This document shows positions 57,037 through 64,000 of a stretch of 64,000 nucleotides of DNA, piece by piece (position 1 is the stretch's first letter; each line of letters starts with the position of its first letter). The DNA is taken from the NCBI GenBank assembly GCA_029856155.1, contig JAHQWL010000055.1, forward strand, positions 32,001 to 96,000. The letters are read 5' to 3'. A model generated the notes under the pieces. The model saw only the letters and a list, made by a program, of their open reading frames with translations. It was not told the origin of the DNA and ran no database searches. The position numbers were made by a program, and so were the translations under genes. Source of the stretch: Promethearchaeia archaeon (GTDB taxonomy: Archaea; Asgardarchaeota; Lokiarchaeia; Sigyniarchaeales; SOKP01).

Positions 57037-58920
57037 TTATTCCTCATGTTTTTTTATAGAAATTTCTGCTAATTCTTTAAAATCATCATCATAAAGATGA
57101 CAGGCTACAAAATAATCTGGTTCAAGCTCTATACTTTTTGGTATTTTCGAATCGCAAGGTTCGAAGCAGTACTTGCAACGTGGATGAAATCTGCATCCAG
57201 AAGGTGGATAAATCAGGTTTGGTACCGTTCCTTTTATAACTTCAAGATGACGTCTCTTTTTTCCTACAACGGGAACAGAGGCTATGAGACTTCTTGTGTA
57301 GGGATGATAGGGTTTTATGAATAGTTTCTGAATACTCCCATTTTCGACTATAAAACCTGAATACATCACAGCAACCCTATCACACATTTTGGAAATTATT
57401 CCTAGATCATGTGTGATAAACAACATTGAAGTATTAAATTTACTCTTAAGTTCTTTCATTAACTTTAGAATTTGATTTTGAATGGTTACGTCCAGTGCTG
57501 TTGTAGGTTCATCCGCGATTAAAAGTTTTGGGCTGCAAGCAAGACCCATAGCGATCTGAACCCTTTGTCGCATTCCTCCACTCAATTCATGTGGGTATAA
57601 ATTAAAAATCAAATTTGGGAATGGGATATTTAAATCCTGTAAAAGTCGCTCACTCCACTCTCGCGCAACAGTAAAAATACTTTTATCTTGTTTAGATGCT
57701 TCTATCAGCAATTCATTTTCCATATGCAAGAGAAAGACTTCAGTGATTTGAGCCCCAATTCTAAAAACGGGATTAAGAGAATTAAGGGGATCCTGAAAAA
57801 TCATGGTAATATCTTTCCCACGATATTCCAATACTTCAGATATCGATTTTTGTATCAAATCTTCTCCTTCAAAGATGACTTTACCTTTTTCTATTTTTCC
57901 TGGAGGGCGTACTAATTGTAGAATAGATAATGCTGTAACGGATTTACCACAACCAGTTTCTCCTACAAGACCAAGAGTTTCTCCCTCATTAATTTTAAAA
58001 GAAACACCTTCAACAGCTTTTACAATTCCCTCCTCTGTGTAGAAATAAGTTGTAAGATCTTGAACTTCTAAAATAACATTATTCCCAACACCCCTTATTT
58101 CATCACTTTGCTTTTTCTCATGTAGTTCAATGACTTTCTGAAGTTTTACTTCACTCCTTTCAAGAGCTTGTGGTTTAAATATCTTCTTTAATGTAATAAA
58201 GTAAACAGTGACATATAGTGCATTAACGACTATAATTAAAATACGAATATCTTGCTCGTATAGAATGATACCAAATAGTCTCTGTAAATATAGTTCAACA
58301 ATAATGAGCTGAATAGACCAAATTCCAAATGAGATAAGTCCACCAGTATATATGGCCTGCTTAAGCACGTTATCCGGAATCCGTGTCTCAATTGGCCGAG
58401 CTTTATTAACTGTAATTGTTATGATCATAGCAAAACCGATTACAAAAATAGCCCACAGAAAACCAAGATTGAATACATCAGGAATTTCCATAGGAATTTG
58501 GAGGAGAGGTATTGATAAAAAGATGGCTCCAACGATCCACGCTAGTATTATAAATTTAATATATAATCTCCTAAATTGTTCACTGATAATATTTTCCTCA
58601 TCATGCAATTTGTATTTCGCAAATCTCTTCAAAAAAATGGCGTGTAAGGGTAGAAATATTGTTGTCATTATAGCAAATAAAAATGCATCTGTAGTCAAGT
58701 ATCTGAATAAATAATACCCCTCAAAAATATAAAAATGTCCGAGAGATTCTAAAAGCAGACGAATACTTAATATTATCCCAAAAATAATTAGGGTGCTTAC
58801 ACCCGAACTATATCTATGAACCCTTTTAGAAATCCGAACTTCATCTCGGAGATTATTATTTAGAATGACAGCACTCAAATATAAAACCGAAGCTGCTACT
58901 AAAGCTTCAATTAATGACAT
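57037..58920 (-). CDS. oppD: Opp/Dpp ABC ATPase (OppD-like) fused to an N-terminal multi-TM domain
   Basis: GETGCGKS, FQDP, YPHELSGGMRQR, DEPTTALD, GCRFHPRC...CH; first ~245 aa hold about 7 hydrophobic helices. Confidence 0.9.
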   Translation of the reverse strand: MSLIEALVAASVLYLSAVILNNNLRDEVRISKRVHRYSSGVSTLIIFGIILSIRLLLESLGHFYIFEGYYLFRYLTTDAFLFAIMTTIFLPLHAIFLKRFAKYKLHDEENIISEQFRRLYIKFIILAWIVGAIFLSIPLLQIPMEIPDVFNLGFLWAIFVIGFAMIITITVNKARPIETRIPDNVLKQAIYTGGLISFGIWSIQLIIVELYLQRLFGIILYEQDIRILIIVVNALYVTVYFITLKKIFKPQALERSEVKLQKVIELHEKKQSDEIRGVGNNVILEVQDLTTYFYTEEGIVKAVEGVSFKINEGETLGLVGETGCGKSVTALSILQLVRPPGKIEKGKVIFEGEDLIQKSISEVLEYRGKDITMIFQDPLNSLNPVFRIGAQITEVFLLHMENELLIEASKQDKSIFTVAREWSERLLQDLNIPFPNLIFNLYPHELSGGMRQRVQIAMGLACSPKLLIADEPTTALDVTIQNQILKLMKELKSKFNTSMLFITHDLGIISKMCDRVAVMYSGFIVENGSIQKLFIKPYHPYTRSLIASVPVVGKKRRHLEVIKGTVPNLIYPPSGCRFHPRCKYCFEPCDSKIPKSIELEPDYFVACHLYDDDFKELAEISIKKHEE

Positions 58921-58976
58921 TCCAAAATTTAATTCAATACCAACTTGAAATACTATTCCTATGATTATAGTTTACC

Positions 58977-59984
58977 TCATTTTTGTATGGTTAATCGTGG
59001 ATCTAAAGCGTCCCTTACTCCATCCCCCATTAACATAAACCCAACAGCAGTTATTCCGATAAAAATACCCGGCCATATTGCTGCCGCTATGGCAGTCATT
59101 GGGCGTCCTAAAGTCCAATTTATATCAATTCCCCAAGTTGCAATGTCAGGGTCTCCAAAACCTAGAAAAGCAAGCCCCGCTAAACCTAAAACTGTGCCCG
59201 CAGCTCCACCGAAGAAAGTTATTATCATAGGTGATATGGAGTTTGGTACAATATGTTTAAACATGACTTTAAATTTAAGAGCACCACCTGTTTTTGCTGC
59301 CTTTACATAATCAAATTGTTTTACTTGTAAAACCAATGATCGCATAAACCTAATATTATATGGAATGCCAAGTACCCCATAAATTACTAGAGTAGTTAAT
59401 AAATCTTGACCAATTATAGGAGCGAGAATGATTATTAAAATTAACATTGGAAATGAATACCATAAATCAGCAAAACGCATCATAAGATAATCAACAATAC
59501 CACCAAAATAGGCTGAAATTGTTCCTAAAATTAGACCACCCCCCATCGATATAATTACTGGTATAAACGCCATTCCTATTGAAGTTCGAGCACCCCATAT
59601 TATTCGTGCATATACATCATACCCATACAATGTTGTCCCTAGTGGATGTTCCGGGCTAGGATCATCGAAAGGAACGCCGTCTGGGGGAATGTATGGGGGT
59701 ACTACCTCTTGTAGCGGAATATCGGTTAAAAATGGCCCATAAACTGCTAAAATTACAATATATAAAACCATCAAGAACCCAATAATTGTTAAAGGGGTAA
59801 GAAAACGACGGAATACCCGCCTTTTTGATTTTATTTTTTCAATTTCATTTTCGTAAGCGGAGAATTCTGGATCACGCCAAGCGGGAAGTAGATAAAATTT
59901 CAATAGGCGTACCCACTTCTTACCTCCACTTACAGAAAAATCTTTATAATCTCTTTCTTCTATTGTTATATCTTGTTCAGTCAT
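58977..59984 (-). CDS. oppC: Opp/Dpp ABC permease
   Basis: PSPEHPLGT...GYD, EAA-like YVKAAKTGGA, HIVPN, GDGVRDALDPR. Confidence 0.92.
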   Translation of the reverse strand: MTEQDITIEERDYKDFSVSGGKKWVRLLKFYLLPAWRDPEFSAYENEIEKIKSKRRVFRRFLTPLTIIGFLMVLYIVILAVYGPFLTDIPLQEVVPPYIPPDGVPFDDPSPEHPLGTTLYGYDVYARIIWGARTSIGMAFIPVIISMGGGLILGTISAYFGGIVDYLMMRFADLWYSFPMLILIIILAPIIGQDLLTTLVIYGVLGIPYNIRFMRSLVLQVKQFDYVKAAKTGGALKFKVMFKHIVPNSISPMIITFFGGAAGTVLGLAGLAFLGFGDPDIATWGIDINWTLGRPMTAIAAAIWPGIFIGITAVGFMLMGDGVRDALDPRLTIQK

Positions 59985-60013
59985 ATTTCAAATCTTTTGT
60001 TTTAATTATATCT

Positions 60014-61120
60014 TTAATTATATGTTATCCTCGGATCAATAATGGTATACATTACATCAGCAACCAATAGTCCAATGAGTGTAATTATTACAGCAAATAC
60101 CATTAAGCCATTAATGACCAAGTAATCACCTGCTGTAATTGCATTGAGAAACCACCAACCAAATCCTTTGTAATCAAAAGTCATCTCAATGAAAAGTGAT
60201 CCTAAAATTGCTCCTGCAGTACCCCCAATGATAAGATTACTCGTGGGGATGAGGGCATTCCGGAGTGCATGTTTATTAATAACATCGTTTTCTTCAACTC
60301 CTTTTGCACGAGCAGTTCTGATATAATCGCTATCTAATACTTCTAACATGCTTGAGCGCGTTAGTCTAGATATCCCTGCTAAGGACAAAAAAACCATACA
60401 TATGGAGGGAAGAATTAAATGCAAAATTGTATCAAAAAGAAACTTTTGATCATTATAAATAATGGCATCGAGAATTCGGAAGCCTGTGGTAAATCCACCT
60501 GCAGCATTTGGTAAAAAAAGCCCCGGTGAATTCGTTAACTGAACAGGTATAGCAAGTTGACCATTAGTAAATTCGGTAATATAAACACCAAAACCAATTT
60601 GAAGCAAGATAGCAATCCAAAAAACTGGAAAACCCGCGCCAAGTATCGTAATGAAACGAATTATATTATCTTTCACTTTATCTTTGTGTCTTGCTGCTGT
60701 AGCTCCAAGTTTGACAGCGATAATTGGAGTCAAAAAAATAGGGACTATCATTAATTCAATAGTCTTAGGAAAGATTTCAGCAATAAATTCAAGGACAGGT
60801 TTTCCTTCATTAAGTGTGTAAGATTCACCCCATTCTCCTATGAAAAAGTTTCTTAAATAATTAAAGAGTTGAACGTACCAAGGATCATTATATCCCACTC
60901 TTTCCATTTCCGCTGCAAGTAGTTCTGGGTTATCAGCTCCAACTCTAAATAGTATAGGGCTTACTAGCATCATCCTCGCTAATAGCCATGTAATTATTAA
61001 AGAAAGTATTAACATCGGAAACACAATAATAATTCGCTTAATGATATATTTTATCATGTTAGTGTGTTTTTTTCCCTTAGATTTCTTGAATTTGATTTCC
61101 TTTTTAGAGTTCTTTTCCAT
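60014..61120 (-). CDS. oppB: Opp/Dpp ABC permease
   Basis: YIIKR, HLILP, RSSMLEVLDSDYIRTARAKG, HALRNALIP, DPRI. Confidence 0.92.
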   Translation of the reverse strand: MEKNSKKEIKFKKSKGKKHTNMIKYIIKRIIIVFPMLILSLIITWLLARMMLVSPILFRVGADNPELLAAEMERVGYNDPWYVQLFNYLRNFFIGEWGESYTLNEGKPVLEFIAEIFPKTIELMIVPIFLTPIIAVKLGATAARHKDKVKDNIIRFITILGAGFPVFWIAILLQIGFGVYITEFTNGQLAIPVQLTNSPGLFLPNAAGGFTTGFRILDAIIYNDQKFLFDTILHLILPSICMVFLSLAGISRLTRSSMLEVLDSDYIRTARAKGVEENDVINKHALRNALIPTSNLIIGGTAGAILGSLFIEMTFDYKGFGWWFLNAITAGDYLVINGLMVFAVIITLIGLLVADVMYTIIDPRITYN

Positions 61121-61158
61121 TTTTATTCTTCACTTCTTTTATTATAATCCTTTTTTAC

Positions 61159-61653
61159 TCAAATTTTTCTTCTCTTTTTTATAATTTGTTTAAATTTCAT
61201 CCCACTTAAAGCCCCAGTAAACGTACACCCATACAAGATTAAAATATTTAAATAACCCTCTCCATGAGCAAATTGTAAGATGAACGGCTCTGCAGAGAAT
61301 CCAAACATTATCCAATAAAACAAAAAACCTTCAGCTATTAATAATGGTACCATCCACAATGAGGCTTTTATCCCATAATGTGGAATTTCTTCCTTATAGG
61401 TTAATAAAAAACATATGAAAAATAACAATAAAATGGGCAAGTAGAAAGTTTGTGGATATACTTTATAGGTCCAAAACAATATTGTAGGATCCATTTCAGT
61501 ATAAGGGATCGATACCGATCTACTACTAATCAAGAGTATATTCGCGACAATTCCGAAATAACCCAATAAAACAACTATATATGCAAAAATAATTGACCCT
61601 TGTCTACCCCAGTCAATTTGGAAATGTCCCTTTATTTCTGTATCATTTGTCAA
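61159..61653 (-). CDS. Hypothetical ~4-TM membrane protein, first gene of the opp operon
   Basis: Four hydrophobic segments and a basic C-terminus; 38 bp from oppB; non-ATG start. Confidence 0.7.
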   Translation of the reverse strand: MTNDTEIKGHFQIDWGRQGSIIFAYIVVLLGYFGIVANILLISSRSVSIPYTEMDPTILFWTYKVYPQTFYLPILLLFFICFLLTYKEEIPHYGIKASLWMVPLLIAEGFLFYWIMFGFSAEPFILQFAHGEGYLNILILYGCTFTGALSGMKFKQIIKKRRKI

Positions 61654-61798
61654 AAGATATTCCTCTTTTTTATTGCTATTGTTATTAATTGTTCTTTGTG
61701 TTTTCCGATATATTCCGAAATTAAATATCTTACAATTAATCTACGTTATTTCTAAGAAATATTGAAATATTTAAATATCTTAATTACGTAACCTTATT

Positions 61799-61819
61799 TA
61801 AATTTACGATGTAAATTTA
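61799..61819. promoter_or_regulatory. 9-3-9 inverted repeat in the divergent opp promoter
   Basis: taaatttac-gat-gtaaattta. Confidence 0.45.
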
Positions 61820-61846
61820 TCTAAAAAAATGGAGAATAAATAAAAA

Positions 61847-64000
61847 ATGCAAAAATTCTCAACTAAATTAATTTTTATGCTTTTAATTAGCTCGCTTATT
61901 TTACCTTTCTTCCCTGTAAACACTAAAGCTGCCTCCGTTACAATACCTACATTAAAAATAGGATTGAAAAGCGGTGGAGTGGGAAGCTGGGACGGAATTA
62001 TAGCAACATCAGGATTCCATGCTTCTTATGGTCAAAATGCTCTTGAAGGGTTCGTGCAGATGCATCCTGGGTGGTCAGGTGATCCCGAAGATCTTCTCCC
62101 TGTGCTCGCAACGGAATTGGAGATTCATGAATGGCCAGAGGAACCTAATTCTTATGGCTGGATCAATAAAGGTGGTGTTAGGGCAATAGACTTAACTTTG
62201 CGAGAGGGTGTTACCTTCCATGATGGTTCCGCTTGGAACGCAACGGTGGCGAAATGGAATATTGATCGTAATATGGTGATGACTGGAAATATAACGGGTT
62301 CAATAACAATTTATGATATTGGAGTTACTAAGGCGAGAACTGCTTATTGGGTAAATGCCGAGGATTGGGTAGATTATGAAACTGCTACGTGGAATATATC
62401 CCAATTTATTGGAAAACCGGGTACATACGAGGGATTTGGATCTTCTACAGATGATGATATGATTGGGCGATATAGCAGAATTAAAAATGTGACCATACTC
62501 GAAAATCAAGAATTTGGAGGAAAAATTCGAATTTACTATAATGATTGGGGTGGTGCAGGCTCGCAGTTGCTATATGGTCTTGACTTTATGATGATTTCAA
62601 TGGACGCGTATAAAGACTATTTCGATCGACCAATTTATGGTTTGGGACAAGACCCTAACTTTCCACAACCATCGGGTCTTACAGGAGACCCGGACGATTA
62701 TCCTACTACCGGATTTCCTGGGCACTTGATTGGAACGGGACCTTATATATTTATCCAGCAAGATGAATTGATATTTCAAGGAGGTCGTATGATAAGAAAT
62801 CCAAATTGGTGGAATGCTACTGCTGCTGCTGCTGATGGTTGGCATCAAGTTGAAGAACTTGCTTTCGTTTACTTCTATTCTGACGATCTTACCGGAAGAA
62901 CTATAGGAATGGTTACTGAGACCATTGATATGGCTTATGATGCCCTATGGGCTGGAAATCTTATCTATGATGAAATGGAAGCTGATCCCGACATTAGATA
63001 TATGGATTTGGGTTATGAAGAAACTCGTACTTTTATAACATTGAATAGCATTAATGAAACATATTGGAAATATTGGGCAGATAATCCATCAAGAACTCCC
63101 TCAGAAATTAAGTCGAGGACTGAATTGCATGACATTGATTCGAGTGGAAGAGTCCATACTGACGGAATTGATAGGGCTCTTAGGAAAGCGTTAAGTTATG
63201 CATTTGATTATGATACTTTTATTAACGTCGTCAAACAAGGACGTGCAATACGATCTGCAGGTTTTCTTGGACATCAAAGTCCATATTACAATCCAAATAT
63301 ATCTATTCCTTACCGAAATCTTACAATCGCACGAAAAACGCTAATTAATGATCCTTTCTGGGGCCCAAAAGTGGCGGCTAGAAAGTTAGATATCAATAAC
63401 GCAACTGCTGATTGGATTTGGGTAGCGAACAATGATCCTATCTTTGAATTTAAGCTCATGTGGGAGGAGTCTACTGTACCCCAGGCGGACTTATTCTCGA
63501 CGAACATTAAAGAAATTGGGATTAAGTTGGACACTCCAGATGGGAAACGTGATAACGACTTAAAGTTACACCCAAATATCTTACAAGTAATGATTTTCCG
63601 TATTGAGGAATTCCCAGCGTTCACGTATCATGGAGTCCCTACTAACTGGCCTGATGACAGCAAGAACTCTGTACCAGTCCTTGAATATTATTATAAGAGT
63701 CCTGGACTTCCGTATGTCAACGGTTCGGGGCTAGCTTGGCCTGGTGTAGGTTATCTTGGGGGACAATTCTTTAACATAGGATTTCATTATAATGCAACCG
63801 TTGATAAATGGATAGAGAAACTTTGGTTTTCAGACAGCACTAGAACGCAAGCGCTAATGAATAATATGACCAGACACGTTCAAACCTATCACTACCCGGA
63901 GATCTTTATTTCTAATAACAAGTTCGGAATTGCAATGGATAAAGATTGGAAATTTGCTAACTTTCGGGATTATATCCATGCATTCGTAAAATATCTTCCT
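61847..64000 (+). CDS. oppA: Opp/Dpp substrate-binding protein (family 5), partial, runs off window end
   Basis: Not in ORF track (no stop in window). ATG at 61847 gives MQKFSTKLIFMLLISSLILPFFP signal peptide, then PVLAT, LREGVTFHDGS..NA...KWNIDR, IGTGPY, LRKALSYAFDY. Confidence 0.88.
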   Translation, partial: MQKFSTKLIFMLLISSLILPFFPVNTKAASVTIPTLKIGLKSGGVGSWDGIIATSGFHASYGQNALEGFVQMHPGWSGDPEDLLPVLATELEIHEWPEEPNSYGWINKGGVRAIDLTLREGVTFHDGSAWNATVAKWNIDRNMVMTGNITGSITIYDIGVTKARTAYWVNAEDWVDYETATWNISQFIGKPGTYEGFGSSTDDDMIGRYSRIKNVTILENQEFGGKIRIYYNDWGGAGSQLLYGLDFMMISMDAYKDYFDRPIYGLGQDPNFPQPSGLTGDPDDYPTTGFPGHLIGTGPYIFIQQDELIFQGGRMIRNPNWWNATAAAADGWHQVEELAFVYFYSDDLTGRTIGMVTETIDMAYDALWAGNLIYDEMEADPDIRYMDLGYEETRTFITLNSINETYWKYWADNPSRTPSEIKSRTELHDIDSSGRVHTDGIDRALRKALSYAFDYDTFINVVKQGRAIRSAGFLGHQSPYYNPNISIPYRNLTIARKTLINDPFWGPKVAARKLDINNATADWIWVANNDPIFEFKLMWEESTVPQADLFSTNIKEIGIKLDTPDGKRDNDLKLHPNILQVMIFRIEEFPAFTYHGVPTNWPDDSKNSVPVLEYYYKSPGLPYVNGSGLAWPGVGYLGGQFFNIGFHYNATVDKWIEKLWFSDSTRTQALMNNMTRHVQTYHYPEIFISNNKFGIAMDKDWKFANFRDYIHAFVKYLP

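Noticed and set aside
62300-63624. Three short minus-strand ORFs
   Set aside because: Antisense to the long oppA frame that the track omitted because it has no stop in the window.

Overview
A gene-dense, AT-rich 64-kb window that reads as archaeal, most likely Asgard (Lokiarchaeia/Promethearchaeota-like). That placement is an inference from PGF/Loki-CTERM-type C-terminal anchors, a HEAT+LRR protein, an HdrA-MvhD fusion, an IF-2B-family gene, BRE-TATA-like promoters and oligo-T terminators. I found about 45 protein genes and saw no rRNA, tRNA, CRISPR array or transposase. The content is mostly anaerobic heterotrophy. Fatty-acyl-CoA catabolism is represented by 2 ligases, an ACAD, 2 crotonases, a MaoC hydratase, a thiolase, an ADP-forming ACD alpha subunit, a thioesterase and a DUF35 protein. 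There is also a korDAB-hdrA/mvhD operon, a soluble DmsAB-like pair, glycosidases (GH29, GH32, an unassigned propeller GH), secreted peptidases/serine hydrolases and an Opp/Dpp ABC transporter. Main oddities: (1) both ABC ATPases carry about 7-TM N-terminal membrane domains, and the operon has an extra 4-TM gene; (2) a 950-aa protein contains three gapless 148-aa repeats; (3) a secreted metallopeptidase ends in a His/Trp/Cys tail; (4) HdrA-MvhD is translationally coupled to a 2-oxoacid:ferredoxin oxidoreductase with no HdrBC; (5) an RPH-like PEP-utiliser is bracketed by an exact 19-bp direct repeat; (6) several enzymes are fused to HTH-like domains; (7) a small gene missed by the ORF track has an ATA start and an in-frame TAG.
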